Shown in pieces: positions 50,921 through 64,000 of a stretch of DNA of 64,000 nt. A program made the position numbers and the translations under genes. Every line of letters begins with the position of its first letter. Position 1 is the first letter of the stretch. The stretch lies in contig NW_026943820.1 of assembly GCF_035594765.1 (NCBI RefSeq), positions 18,546,647 through 18,610,646 on the forward strand, in the 5' to 3' direction. The DNA is from Anolis carolinensis. Its lineage: Eukaryota. Under the pieces are notes generated by a model. The model saw nothing but the letters and a program-made list of their open reading frames with translations. It had not been told where the DNA came from and searched no databases.

Positions 50921-51545
50921 CTGATGTTTAATTCCGTTTTAATGTTTGTATATTTTTGGATTTTAAATTGTGTAAATAATCATAATACACATAAACATGG
51001 TTGCATGCTACCAGGTGATTTTCCTGAGAAATGATTTCCTAGAGCATGGCTTCTTAATCCTTTTCTGGTTGTGTCCGCTTTTCACCTGATGCAACCCTTA
51101 GGGCCTGTAGGTATATAAAATAGGAATACATATCAAACATTTATTGATAATAACACATAAAGAAATTTATTTTGCACATATAACAAAGCACATCAGCAAG
51201 CCACAGTTTCCTGGAAACTGCTGAGCAAGAATATGTTTTGGTATATCACATTAAAAGCAGGATCAGCGTAAACAAGTCCCAAGTCTTTTTTTTCTTACAA
51301 ATTACAAAAAACTATGACTAGTTCAGCTTTGAGTGATGTAAGGGCTACAGTGCTGGAAGAGGATGTGAAGTTCTGATTTCAGGTCCACTTCCTCCCTAAA
51401 GCTCATTAGAAGCCAAAGAAACATCTTACTGGCCTGAGCGAGATGTTCCTATTCTGGTGGAGAATTTAATCCCTGTAGAAAACCATGATTTACGTCACAG
51501 TTTCAGCAATAAATCTGGGTGTTATTAAACCATTTTCTCTTAAAG

Positions 51546-51715
51546 ATGAGAGAGGCGAAGACACAGTTAAGCTGTCGCTTGCATTAAAGATGGCACGCCA
51601 GGACCTCACCAAAGCACAAGTAGATCTGAACACCATGAGAGCAAACTATGGAGACGTTGTGCCCAGGAGAGAGTTTGAATTGCAGGAAAAAAATTACAAT
51701 GAGTTGGCCGACAAG
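51546..51715 (+). CDS. TSNAXIP1: TSNAXIP1 exon 8
   Basis: GEDTVKLSLALKMARQDLTKAQVDLNTMRANYGDVVPRREFE; AAG acceptor, GTACC donor. Confidence 0.95.
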
Positions 51716-52447
51716 GTACCTGAGTATACTGTGCCTCCCTTATACTTCCCAGGTTAGCATATAATTGGTTGGCGGAGTAGAGAAGACGCTCTAGACTAGA
51801 AAGCATTCTCTGGATGTGAAAAAAGGTTAAGTCCATGAAAAAAGGTTGAGTCCATGACATAGAAGCCATAGATAAACTGTTGCGGCAGGAGTGGGAACCT
51901 GTAGAAAGTAGGGGGCTACAGTGGCCCCTCTGGAGACCTCAGAGGCTGTGTTCTCTACATCCACTCCCACAAAAAGAATCACCATTCCTCCAAGTGCTCT
52001 TCAGAAGACATGGAGGGTATTTCACCATGTTTTGGGACCCTCTTGGTTCATTTTAGGCTCAAGTAATGCCTTTTCTAACAGGAAGTTAGCATACGTGGCT
52101 TCTTTTCAGTTCCTATTTCAATAAAGGACTCTTCTGGGTCTAAATTGGAACACTCACAGACCCTCAGACATGAAGGAAATGTTTGCCACACTCTTACAAT
52201 CCATTTCGGAGCCAAAGGAAGTTTTTATTAGAGAGGCATATTTAAGATGGGCACGAAATGGCCCTGGGGGCTGAATGCTTCCCCAAACTTTGCCCACTGC
52301 TGCATCTGAGGGCAGTTTAAAGATGCTTAAAGCTTTCATTTCTTCTTTATGATTACACCACGGGTTGTCATGCATCAATGCACAAAAAGTTGTTAGTTTT
52401 TAATTGAGAAAATTGCATTGAAGGGAAGAATGCCTGAATCACAGATA

Positions 52448-52770
52448 CAGTAGAGTCTCACTTATCCAACGTAAACGGGCCGGCAGAACGTTGGATAAGC
52501 GAATATGTTGGATAATAAGGAGAGATTAAGGAAAAGCCTATTACACATCAAATTAGGTTATGATTTTACAAATTAAGTACCAAAACATCATGTTATACAA
52601 CAAATTTGACAGAAAAAGTAGTTCGATACGCAGCAACATTAGGTAGTAATAACTGTATTTACGAATTTAGCATCAAAATATCATGATGTATTGAAAACAT
52701 TGACTAAAAAAATGCGTTGGATAATCCAGAACGTTGGATAAGTGAGCGTTGGATAAGTGAAACTCTACTG
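52448..52770. mobile_element. Tc1/mariner MITE, same family as 36741 in the opposite orientation
   Basis: Same TIRs and TA TSD. Confidence 0.9.
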
Positions 52771-53131
52771 TAGTAAAAAAAAAAAAAAAACTATTTGAGG
52801 GCATACAATTTTTAGGCCCAGATTAAGTTTACGGACTGACTCCTGTTTCATAGAATAGAATGGAATAGAATAGAAATATTGAGTTGGAAGAGACCTCATG
52901 AGCCATCCAGTCCAACCCCTGCTAAGCAGGAAAATCACATTCAAAGCGCCCCTGACAGATAGCCATCCAGCCTCTGCTTAAAAGCCTCCGAACAAGGAGC
53001 TTACTTCACACAGAGAGTTCCACTGCCGAACAGGGGAGGTTGGACACTAGCCGATAGTTGTCCATTATAGGAGAGTTCAGGGATGGATTTTTTTTCAAAC
53101 TGTTATAAAAAAGGGACTGAACAGGGAATTA

Positions 53132-53581
53132 CAGGCAGTCCCCAAAATACAAACAAGATAGGTTCTGTAGATCTGTTCTTAAGTTCTTAAGTTGAATTTG
53201 AATATGTCAGAACAGGTGCATTTTTAGTGTAACTCTAGCCATATAGAGAGAAGGGGAGGAGGGAGGGAGAGGGAGAGCGCACAATGGACAGCATAGGAAA
53301 AGTTTAACATCCTTTTGGTGTTTTCTTTGCTGTCTGTGCCTCTGTTAAGAAGATTTTAATTCACTTTCTGTCCCTGTGATCATTTGGATTTTGAAAAAAA
53401 AAATGGCTTGTTATGAAAATAATGATTGGTGCCAAAGCTTCAGTGGAAACTTCTTTTCCCCATGATAACTTCCAGGAGTGAATTTTCCTTCCGAGGGGTA
53501 GATTTCTCTCACTTCCTTTGATATTGCCTTGTTCTTAAGTATGATTCATATATAAGTTATCTGAAACTCTGGGACTGCCTG
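53132..53581. mobile_element. Tc1/mariner (Tigger-like) MITE
   Basis: TA|CAGGCAGTCCCC...GGGACTGCCTG|TA; homologous to 2520-2924. Confidence 0.8.
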
Positions 53582-53712
53582 TATAGTCTTTGAAGCTCCT
53601 CTCAGTTCAAGTCCCACTCTATTCAACTTCCTTTGGTTCATAAAGACAAATGCCCTGGGATGACTCTGGATATGCTATGTTTTTCCCCACCCCATGCTTT
53701 TTTTCTTTTCAG

Positions 53713-53872
53713 ATGGCAGCTCTCCAGAAAGATTTTCAGGATCTCCAGAGTGAGTATGACACATTGCTAGATGTACACAAGCAACTTTCTGAGGAGCGGG
53801 ACCAATACTATAATGAACTCATCAGTGTCCAGCGTGCCTCCACCCCTCGGCCCGATTGGGACAAATGTGCAG
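53713..53872 (+). CDS. TSNAXIP1: TSNAXIP1 exon 9
   Basis: MAALQKDF...QRASTPRPDWDKCA; CAG acceptor, GTATG donor. Confidence 0.95.
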
Positions 53873-54573
53873 GTATGCAGTTTATGATTGTGTCGCTGGT
53901 AGGGAAGGCAAGTGCTGGGGCCTTGCATAATGGAAAGATATTAATGTCTGCACCAAGGAACATACGTTTTTGCACCAAAACTGTATTTTTCAATGTGACT
54001 CAGGACTTGCACATATAATGTATTTCATGCATATTCTGGGCCAGCCCTTCCCCTAGGCAGAATGAAGTGGCTGCGTTATGCAGCAAATACTGTGGGCAAG
54101 TTTGCACTTTCTGCCATTTCCCTTGGGTCTCCTAGGCTATCTCTCCTCCATTCCAGTTGGATTCCACATATGGAATGTGTTGGGGTTTCACTCCACAAAG
54201 TGTTGAGAAGGATGGTCAAACAAATGCTAATAGAAGCAGAATGATTAAGGAAGGGGACTCAGTCATGAAGACCATGAAAGCTGTACCCAGCACATTTTGT
54301 GGATGTTCTGTTCTGTACAATGCAGCACCATCTTATAAGCACATTGACAATGCAATTAGCCTATTTTATTGCTCTTCACATTTGTAATCTTGCGTTCAGT
54401 GGTGCTTTCTCCCACTGGTGGGTTTGTGACTGTAGGACTTACAAGATCCCTTGAGACAGATCTACTGGATGACATGGTGTAGATGCTATAGTAGCAAAAA
54501 TAATAATTGGTTTGCTGCCCAGAATAGGCTTTCCAATGAGCTCTAGTCTGTGTTTGATCAGATGTATTTGACC

Positions 54574-55049
54574 AGGGGCCAGGCTGTGGCGCAGGCTGTT
54601 GATCAGCTGCAATAAATCACTCTGACCATGAGGTCATGAGTTCGAGGCCAGCCCGTGGCGGGGTGAGCACCCGTCAATTAAAAATAAAAAATAGCCCCTG
54701 CTCGTTGCTGACCTAGCAACCCAAAAGATAGTTGCATCTATCAAGTAGGAAATAAGGTACCACTTATAAAAGTGGGGAGGCAAGTTTAACTAATTTACGA
54801 CTTGGAATGAGGAAGTGCCATCAGAGTGGATGATGAAGCAGCTGCTCCCCCCTGTGGCCAGAATCGAACATCCCCTCAGGAGAAGGTTAAATTGCCTCTC
54901 CGTCTGTCTGTCTCGGTCTCTGTTTGATGTGTTTATGGGCATTGAATGTTTGCCCTATGTGTGTATAATGTGATCCGCCCTGAGTCCCCTTCGGGGTGAG
55001 AAGGGCGGAATATAAATACTGTAAATAAATAAATAAATAAATAAATAAA
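54574..55049 (+). mobile_element. tRNA-derived SINE with an L2-like tail
   Basis: A-box TGGCGCAGGCTG, B-box GAGTTCGAGGCC, tail CCGCCCTGAGTCCCCTTCGGGGTGAGAAGGGCGG followed by (TAAA)n. Confidence 0.85.
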
Positions 55050-55312
55050 TGTACTCTGAGTTTTCCACCACCAATGATACTGTTTCTGCCCAATTTGTTT
55101 CGTTGCCACGTGCCTCCTGACGAATTAGGAGTTATGGATATATTTATCTTATCTGCCACACCCATACTCTGTGCTATAGTAAACAGCAGATGTAATGGAG
55201 GCTATGATTATTGTCCTTTACATAAAGTGGTCCTTTGTGTTGTCAAGCATGACGGGATCCAGCGTGTTGTAACTGCGGTGCTCTAATACTTTGCACCTTT
55301 TTGTTGTTATAG

Positions 55313-55443
55313 ATGTGATTTCTGGTGGGCTTGAACGCTGGAGCATTTTGTCAGAAGGCAAAACTAGTGACCAGCTGGTAGATGTACTTTTGGAAGATCT
55401 TGGCACAGGACTGCTGAAAGAAAAAGACGCCTTTGTGGGAAAG
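55313..55443 (+). CDS. TSNAXIP1: TSNAXIP1 exon 10
   Basis: VISGGLERWSILSEGKTSDQLVDVLLEDLGTGLLKEKD; TAG acceptor, GTATG donor. Confidence 0.95.
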
Positions 55444-56010
55444 GTATGCGCAGATATGATTATTGCATTGATGGAAATTTATTTTTCCTCATCCTTATCA
55501 GTGGCATTCAAAGGTTCTTTGGAAGTACAGATACTCATCATACCGATCCTTCCACCCCTTAGGGAGTCTGCTGTCTCCTGTGTTTATCCATATCCAAGTT
55601 GTAGCCATTTTCATCTGCACTACGAGCAAGTCTGTTGGGACTTCAAGACACCAGAGTGCTTTCCGCCACTAAAAGATTTGCTCACCACAAACAATCCTTT
55701 GTTACCAGGAACATTCATCCGCGCTTTCCCATTCTGAGAGTTGCATTTATGCCGGGGGTGTATTGTCTGTCTCTCCAGATGTCAGACTACAGCTCCCAGC
55801 ACACCTCACCCATTGTCTGTGTTGAAAGATACTGCTGGGAGTTGCAGTTGAACAACATCTGGATGGTCATCCTTAGCTGACCACTGGGCAAAGTCCTTTT
55901 TCTTTTGCATTTCTCCCAACTTCACTTTTAAAAATTTGGATTGTATTTTTTTTTACTATTAATAACCTGTATTTTATATATTGTGAAAATTCAACAATGA
56001 AAGGACTAAG

Positions 56011-56553
56011 GCATTGACATCTCCAGCTCATCCCCTGTTCAGGTATCAGCCAGCATGCCAATGCCTTAAATCAAGAAATAGCTTTCTAAGATTTACAGAG
56101 ATATTTGCAGGAACATCTCAGCAAGCGAGAGTCCAAAAATGGCAGGCTGAAACCCGGAACCTTAATCAGTGGCTGACGCCGGATGAGAGACTCCACCCCT
56201 GGGCACACAGAAGACTGGGCAATTTGGAAGGCACTGAATAGACTGCGCTCTGGCACCACGAGACGTAGAGCCAACCTTAAGAAATGGGGCTACAAAGTGG
56301 AGTCCGCAACATGCGAGTGTGGAGAAGAGCAAACCACAGACCACCTACTGCAATGCATTCTGAGCCCTGCCACATGCACAACGGATGACCTTCTAATGGC
56401 AACACCAGAGACACTCCAAGTGGCCATCTACTGGGCCAAAGACATTTAGTATTAATGCCAAGGGTTTTTTTTCTTTCTTAAAAAAATCTCTGTTTGCAAA
56501 TCCATTGCAACTTGTACCCTCGGTTCGCTTCTGACACAATAAATAAATAAATA
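56011..56553 (+). mobile_element. Vingi (Ingi-clade) LINE 3' end
   Basis: WKALNRLRSGTTRRRANLKKWGY...CECGEEQTTDHLLQC (CCHC finger); ends GCTTCTGACAC(AATA)n. Confidence 0.8.
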
Positions 56554-56956
56554 ATATAGATAGATATATAAAGATAAAAGGGCAGGGAGATGTCTAATAT
56601 TGAACTTCCCAGAGGAAAAGTGATATACAAATGCAAGAAAGTAGACATCTCTTGGAGGAAAACCAGTTAACTACAACAGAATGTACTGTATTGCATTCTG
56701 CTTAGCTAAATGTTTCCCCCCATGTGTGATTTTTTTCTTCTAATATCCCTCTAGCTACAGAAATTCTTCTGATTGCAAAACAGCACTTAAAGTGAAAGCA
56801 TTCTAGGCATGCCACCCTTGTGCCTATGTAACAGATACTTGTTAAGGACTTAATCTCAACTCTCTAGATTGTGTCTTGATTCCTACTTTAGGACTGATAT
56901 GCCGATATTTTTTCCTAGAGTCGAATTTTATTTTTTTCTTTTCCTTCCTTCCTTAG

Positions 56957-57085
56957 GGGAAAAACGAGAAAGTCCCTATATTCCTCAGGTGTGATGGTCT
57001 GGTTAGAAACAAGAAATTGTCCAAAAAGGAGGTTGTGGCCCTTCTAAGGGAAATATGGAGAGATAAAATTGCATTTGATCAACAG
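56957..57085 (+). CDS. TSNAXIP1: TSNAXIP1 exon 11
   Basis: GKNEKVPIFLRCDGLVRNKKLSKKEVVALLREIWRDK; TAG acceptor, GTATC donor. Confidence 0.94.
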
Positions 57086-58725
57086 GTATCTTGATTTTTC
57101 TGTTCCCTTTTCTAATATGGATAGACCTGAGGAGGTAAGGGATAGGAGGGCCCTATCCCAAACGTTGTTTCAATACCTCCAATGAGGCCTATGAACTAAA
57201 AACCCTCCTCGCTGCCAGCATCCACAAATAGTTGCACAGGCAATTCACATACATTGAACTGAGATTCATTATTCCCATCCACCAATTTCTGTCCCATTCC
57301 TACTATTACAGCTGTGGATTCCTGCATCTGTGGGGCATTAGATGGCTTTTGGGAAACAGGATGATTTTGCTTATTAGTGAAATCCATCAGGACATTATTT
57401 GATATCTCTGTAGCTAGCATGGTATAGATCAACCCTGTCTCCAGCCTTTTTGACCATTAATACTCCAATTGTTGATGAAATTATGTGTACAACATAACTC
57501 CCAGGATGGAAATCAATCAAGATCAGAACATTAGTATGTAAGAATTTACTTTTGTTTTGTTTTGTATGGTCCTGGTGAAAATGGCACAATCTATGAAACC
57601 TCCAGATAGTTTATTCCGTACACATAGCTTGTGTTTGAGATAATTGGACATAACCGATTGTAAATACCTGCACCCAGTCTCTGGGCAGATATCTCTTTGG
57701 AAATAAATGGCAATCATAACCTTGTTGAAAAAGATAAAATGATATCATATCCATTTGGCAAATGTGAATCTCTACGAACATGTGGAGACCACCTTTTGAA
57801 AACCACTAGTCAAGAAAAGCATGACCTTGTTAGAAGTCAACCCTCTGAACAAGTGATATTAATAAGCATTCATATAATGGCACACAGGTAACTCAGCTGA
57901 GGACAAAGACATGCCACTACAAAAATATAATTGGTTAGCAGAGGATGGTTGTTTCTTTGAAGTTGAAATTGCCGTTGCAGTTTGCCCAAAAGATATATGC
58001 TCCCTTAAAACCTCTTAGTTTAAAACATGCACTCAGAGATTAAAAGCAAAGTCTTCTTTGAAAAATAACGTATCTTGTATACTCACAAACATCTTGTATT
58101 AATTCACCATACAGGCACATTTCTTATTTAAGGTTCAGTTATAGATAGGATGTAGTTCTCTCTGTGTGTTGAGTACACAGGGTATAATTTTTAATCAATA
58201 GTTCATAGCCTTTAGGTACAGCTGCATTCACTGAAGTCCATAAGTCATACTTCTCCACTGAAGTCCTAACAGCAACATGTAACTCCACTAAGGTGTGATG
58301 CAAACAAGCATCCACCTCCACAGAGGGGATAGCAGATACACATCCATTGAGGTGGATGCAGATACTGAATACAAAATGGAGTCCTGAGTCTGAACATGCT
58401 CAGTACAATCACATGTATACAACCCCTTCCATACCAAAGAGGTACAAGTTAAACTGGCAAATCAACATACATATAGAATAAAGGTTAGCAAATATGTACA
58501 TTAACAAATAAATAGCATCACCATTAAGTCAGAAACAACTTGGGGACATTCAACACTGACATGGGAGAGCAGAGTCTCACTTATCACAGGGTATGTGTTG
58601 TGCAGACTCTCCAACATTTTACAGATGAATACTCTTGATATTTGTGACCAAGAGGGAGAAACACAAGTTGGGAGAGAATGCAGCAGTTTGCTTTTGCCTG
58701 AGCTTTCCAGTAACAGTAGGATTTT

Positions 58726-58728
<3 letters not shown>

Positions 58729-58760
<32 letters not shown>
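58729..58760. repeat. (CA)n microsatellite
   Basis: Read directly. Confidence 0.95.
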
Positions 58761-58762
<2 letters not shown>

Positions 58763-59224
58763 AATTTCATTCTTGCCAGCGTAACTGAGTTCAAACTCTA
58801 TTTGTAGCAATGTAATCTGAGGGCAAAGAGAGAGAAATAGGACAAAAGAGAAATTGGGGCATTTCACTAACAGCTTTAAAAATTCAGATGACAAAGGAAT
58901 GATAGAACCAGAATTGGAAGAAACCACATGGGCCATCCAGTCCAACCCCTGCCATGAAGAAAAAGCACCATAAAAGTACCCCTGACAGATGGCCATCCAG
59001 ACTCTGTTTAAAAGCCTTCAAAGAAGGATCCTCCACTGGATTCCAAGGCAAAGAGTTCAACTGTTGAATAGCTCTTAAGGTCAGGAAGTTCTTCCTAATT
59101 TTCAGGAGGAATTGTCTTTCCTGTCATTTGAACCCAAGGACTGAAAATCTTCTCCTCCATTCCTAGTTTGGCCTTCACTCAGAGGAAGTGAGTATTGTCC
59201 TTGAAACCGTGGTCTCTTTTACAG

Positions 59225-59386
59225 AAAGGAAAGCGATCCAAACTTGCAGAGTTCTTCCTAAACTTCTTCCAGAAAAAGTATGGCGACGTCTTTGCTTTCG
59301 ACTGGACGTACACCATTTTCGAAAATATCAAACTTTATCGATCCAATGAAACTATGACAATGTTTCATAACATTCTGATGGGAACT
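59225..59386 (+). CDS. TSNAXIP1: TSNAXIP1 exon 12
   Basis: LAEFFLNFFQKKYGDVFAFDWTYTIFENIKLYRSNE...LMGT; CAG acceptor, GTGAGT donor. Confidence 0.94.
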
Positions 59387-60059
59387 GTGAGTAATTTACT
59401 TTCTCGTAGTCTGTTTCTTAAGATATGCACAATATGCAGATCAGGGAATTGGTTCATTTTCTGGCAAGTGGCACTGAAGAAGCAAGAAAGTTGACCGCTT
59501 TAACGGTTTCCACCAACTAGCACCGTTTGCGTGTTTTGCACATCAGTCCCAACCTTTACATGCTGGTGATGGAGTTATAATCCAAAGCATCTGAAGGTTC
59601 TGCTCAATGAGTTTCCTTTTCGTTATTTCTTGGCTGTTTTAGCCTCCCTAAATTGTCTGGTGGAAGATTGTCAGGAAGGAACTGTTTCAGACTAATGCAT
59701 ATTACAAAATATTGCCAAAGGAGTATTTTTATGGGCAGTTCCTATGCAGGTGAATATTCAGGTAACCTTTACATGAAGGGCCCTCTTAATACAGCCTTGT
59801 ATCGTAAGTCCCAACTTGTTCATCACAGCAGGCTATGAACTGTACACAAGGAAGTACCCCTTGCATAGAAAACTGCCGAAGTCTCTCTCACACAAACACC
59901 ATCTCAGACTGTGCTCTTCCACGTTTTGGACTTCAGCTCCCACAATTCCTAACAGCTGTTAAACTAGCTCTGATTTCTGGGAACTGAAGTTCAAAACATC
60001 TGGAGGAGCATATTTTGAGAAACTGCTTTAATTTAACTTTGCCACCATCTCTTTTGCAG

Positions 60060-60169
60060 CTAGATGAAGGAGTATACCACAGCCATATCCAGCAGCTTAG
60101 CACATTGTTCAAGGAGCTGACTGCTGCTGATACTGTGAATACTGGAGAGCTAACAAATGAACAATTTGC
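60060..60169 (+). CDS. TSNAXIP1: TSNAXIP1 exon 13
   Basis: LDEGVYHSHIQQLSTLFKELTAADTVNTGELTNEQF; CAG acceptor, GTAAG donor. Confidence 0.93.
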
Positions 60170-60830
60170 GTAAGAACTTGTAGCCGTGAGGCATTCATTT
60201 TTACTCATATGCAAACAAATAGAACCATAGGACTAGAAAATATACAGTGATTTTAACCAACTTAGGCACATCTAAGTTGTTTTGTTTTGGGTTGGTATTT
60301 AATATTCAGAATATCTTGGGATGCAAAAAAGGAAGACTGGGTGTTTGATACAGAAGTGGTGTATGTGTTTCTGTTTGAGTTTACTCACACATAGCTGCCC
60401 CCTTTTAGGAAGCTGATCTATTCCAGAGCTTCAACTTTTTCCACTTGCGATACTTTTAAATCTGAGAAATGTTATGTGATCCCAGGAATATAGGTATACA
60501 AAATATACCTATAAAATATATAAATAAAACATTCACTGAATGTCAGCATTTTTAAGGCTTGCTAAATAGGCTGATTTTCCTTTTTGTGGAGTACAGCTGA
60601 AGCATTTCCTGCAGGGTCCACTGTAAATACTGCAGGTTATTGCTCAAGGATTTGTGCCGATGGCTTTCAGAAACCTTTTACTGCTGTCATTGCTTTCGTG
60701 ATCCCAACATTGAGATAAAGGAACCCCATTTGGGATCAGGACTCACAGTTTAAGATGCCATGATCTATACAATGTTAACTTGTAAAAATGGCACAGGAGA
60801 CAGATACATCACACCCTTTTCTTCTTGCAG

Positions 60831-60948
60831 CCTTGCCCTCAAGACAGTTTTCCCTTCAAAAACCGAAGAAGAGATACAAGAATTACTTGAGGCAGCAGGA
60901 TACAGATCAGAGCTTGACAGTATTTCGTACAGGTCCCTCTTCTATGAG
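60831..60948 (+). CDS. TSNAXIP1: TSNAXIP1 exon 14
   Basis: LKTVFPSKTEEEIQELLEAAG...YRSLFYE; CAG acceptor, GTTAG donor. Confidence 0.94.
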
Positions 60949-61785
60949 GTTAGTTGCTCATAGCACAGAATGGGAAATGGGAAGATGTGGTAGTGGGAAT
61001 GCGGTAAACACATGGAGAAAACACGTGTCAAAGTATAACTCATCTTTTTGAGCAATCGTTAAACAGAAAATACACAATAAAATAGACAGCAGAATAAGAA
61101 CAGCAATGTTCCATTTGCAAATGGGCAATAAAGGGGAAGTTCTGCTAAAATAATTTGTTTCTCAGTGCTTGCTTAAAAAATAGGCATTTCAGGGCTAGCC
61201 AAAATATTCCATGTGTTCTCACTCTCCCACAACACTGGGATGTAGGTTTATAAAGGAAAATTGGGAGGCCATAAATCTAGACGATTTTATAACAAAGTAC
61301 TCTTTCAAACAGTTTATTTCTACCAGATTTGGTAAAACTAGCTTAGATATGTTTCAAAAGTTAGCAAACCTCCATATTCAGACATAGTCTTTGAATAGTA
61401 GATTCTGAAGAGCACAAAGTAGTCTTAGCCATAATAAAGCTATTAAGAGATGGATGTTCTAATAATATTTAATGATTGCCGTAGCTGACACAAGGTATAT
61501 TCCAGATATGCAGTAGTCTACCTTATTTACAGAAAATTATGGGGCATGAAGATGATTCTGTTGCCCTTGTGTAAAGCTCTTATGCTTTCACAAAGCAGTT
61601 TCTATTTTCCGTCATTCTGCAGAAAATGTACTAAGGCAGAATTACCACGTCTTTTAACTGACAGTGCTAAAAACACTCCCTTTGGAAGGATTCCTCAACT
61701 GTCTGGAGCTCAGCCCTTCTGCTCCCCATCAAGGGGATTACTTGCACTCAATGAGCAGTTTTAAAAGGCTTTTGTGGTTTTGCAG

Positions 61786-61892
61786 GATGATGAGGGGAAA
61801 ACACAACTCCTAGTTACAAAAATCAAGAACCAGTATTTGAACGAGAAGCAAACTTATCTACGTGAGCTCCGTACTGAATTAGGAACCCGGTT
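61786..61892 (+). CDS. TSNAXIP1: TSNAXIP1 exon 15
   Basis: DDEGKTQLLVTKIKNQYLNEKQTYLRELRTELG; CAG acceptor, GTGAGT donor. Confidence 0.93.
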
Positions 61893-62513
61893 GTGAGTAT
61901 CAGAATCCTGAAAATTTCAAACTGCTGAAGTTAGATCTTGATTTCCTATCAGTGGATGTTGAACTATAGCTAGTTAGCTTCAAAAGGATACAACAGCCAG
62001 GCATGTACTGTTGGTGACAAACATGCAATTAATCTGGACTTACTTGAGCATATACTTTGAAGTTTGTTGAGCAAAGAGGTATTAAATATCTTCTTGTACA
62101 TACACACTTGGCTAGACAGCTTTCAAGCCAGCATGTATACCTTCAGGGACCATGGAGGGGAATGCAAGGAGATGCTAGAGAAATATGGGCCATATACCAG
62201 CCAGAGAAGTTGGCCTTCATGGCTGGTTGGGAAAGAAGTCCAATCTAAGTGATTTCATGGTGTTACACTCCATAAGTATCGTGTAGTATTACAGTGCAGT
62301 CCTTGTATGTCTGAGAAGTAAATCCAACTGGATATATTTTATATAGGTGCAGGATCACATCTCTAGTCTGGATAAAGTAAAAATAGCTATTCAAAAATCT
62401 TGAAAAATCAGAACTCCCAAACTTCTGGCTCCAAGAACTTTGGGTAATAATAGTCAATCTGTACAGCCAAACACAGGACTTGTCACTGACTGTTTGCCCT
62501 TCTTTGCACACAG

Positions 62514-62775
62514 GGAAGTAAAGCCAGATGACCTAAGGGCAGCATTCTGCGCAATTGACCCGGGTCTTCCTGAGCAAACGCTTGACTCTTACATCTCTTG
62601 GGCGTTCCAGCTTCCAAAGGAGCAACTGGATCCTTCTGAAACACTACATATAGATCTACTGATGCAAAGGCTTTTGAACGGAGATATTAGACGGCAAGAA
62701 GTTGTTTCAGGGGATGCAAAGAATTTGCCCTCATCTGTCACAGGAGAAGAAACAGAGGCCTCTGTCAATGTCTAA
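62514..62775 (+). CDS. TSNAXIP1: TSNAXIP1 exon 16 (last coding exon, TAA stop)
   Basis: EVKPDDLRAAFCAIDPGLPEQTLDSYISWAFQLP...DIRR...VNV*; CAG acceptor. Confidence 0.93.
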
Positions 62776-64000
62776 ATAGCCTATCTCCTTTCTCTCTTCT
62801 GAACTTGATGGAGTAATTACATTTTAGTGAGTAGTGGCCTAGAATAAGCTTAGTCAACATAAGACCAACTGAAAAAGTGAGGCATAAAACAAAACTTCTG
62901 CTAGAACAGTGCTTTGTGAACCCAAATGAGTAAGAGCTTTGTAGCATAAAACCAAATTGTTATAAATAACCCACTGGCGTGAGAGACGTATGACTTTAAA
63001 TTTCTGAGCCAGATTGTAATATTTCACAGAGGTAGCATATATTAAGACAGAGTGACAGGAAGATTAAAGGCTGCTCACACAAACTTAAATAACTTTTCTC
63101 CACAACTGGATGATGAAACCCTATACCATTTAAAAAGTGTACACTTTGTTTTGCTTTTCTAAGTTTCAGACCCATCATCAAATCTAAATAGATTCCAGGG
63201 CTACAAAATAGGGTTATTAAAAAAAACTTAAAAGTGAAAGTTACAAAAGAAGCTGCTTCCATAATTAGCCCCATGAAGTAAGAGACCCCAAAATTAGAAG
63301 CCAGATAGACACACAGAACTGTTTTAAATGCGTAGGCATTCCTTATTAGGATTTTCACATAAAATGTATTCAGTATATTTATCTCTGCCAAGTATAAACC
63401 TAGATTTAGTTCAATAGGCCAAGGTTGGCTCAGTAAGTGTTTGATACTGGCTAATTCATTGATTAGATTTAAATTGTCTTGCAGGCAAGTAGGGTTGATG
63501 TAAAGAGATATCAAGCTGTTATGTCTGACCAAATAAATGGATAGTGAGTGAATGTTGAGGGGAAAAGGCCAATTCCAATATTTTTGCTCCAGGAACTGTG
63601 TTTATGAAATACTTTGCAGAGAAAACTGTTATGAAGATTTGGGCCAGGAAATTAACTTGTGCTGATATGCAAAGCGGTGGTATGTTGTTGTTCTTGTTCA
63701 GTCAGTTACTTTGCAAAAGTGCTGCCATTCATGGGTTTTCTAAGTCAAGTAAATTTGAATTGTAAAGGAAATCTGAGTCTACTCGCTTTTAATGGTGCAA
63801 ATTTTTATTCATAAAGATAGACATTACACATTTAAGAGACTCGTTTTTTGTCTGCTTTAAGACTGCAGAAGCAGAGAAATATACCACTATATGTTTCACT
63901 TTAAAAAACCCAGAAACTAACAATAAATCCCGCCACCATCTTCCAAAAAGGACAAGGGACGGCTTACAAGCACGTAGTAGTGCAAAAATGACAAAATACA

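Noticed and set aside
62996-63532. 178-aa minus-strand ORF
   Set aside because: Non-ATG start, AT-rich hydrophobic composition and no recognisable family.
63804-63809. Minus-strand AATAAA as the 3' end of a convergent neighbour (CENPT in the mammalian gene order)
   Set aside because: No exon of such a gene is visible, and the hexamer is common in AT-rich DNA.

Overview
Vertebrate genomic DNA, most likely a squamate and probably an Anolis-type lizard (inferred from the repeat families). It holds two head-to-head genes that share a roughly 1 kb GC-rich promoter. On the minus strand are RANBP10 coding exons 1-10 (35526 down to 1011), with the gene running off the left edge. On the plus strand is a complete 16-exon TSNAXIP1 (36556-62775). 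All its exon phases join into a 2139-nt CDS of 712 aa. The introns are dense with transposable elements: CR1, L2, Vingi, Penelope-like elements carrying hammerhead ribozyme motifs, a DIRS relic, Helitrons, MITEs, SINEs and four solo LTRs with 5-bp target-site duplications (TSDs). The most interesting signal is in three diverged copies of one solo-LTR family. Each starts with the same 84-91 codon ORF in U3, ending in RRSxRIAA(K/R), which resembles the HMGN nucleosome-binding core RRSARLSAK. The motif is kept by mostly synonymous changes. A second, unrelated solo LTR carries its own 131-aa U3 ORF in the same position. Repeat family names come from recognition of motifs, not from a database search.
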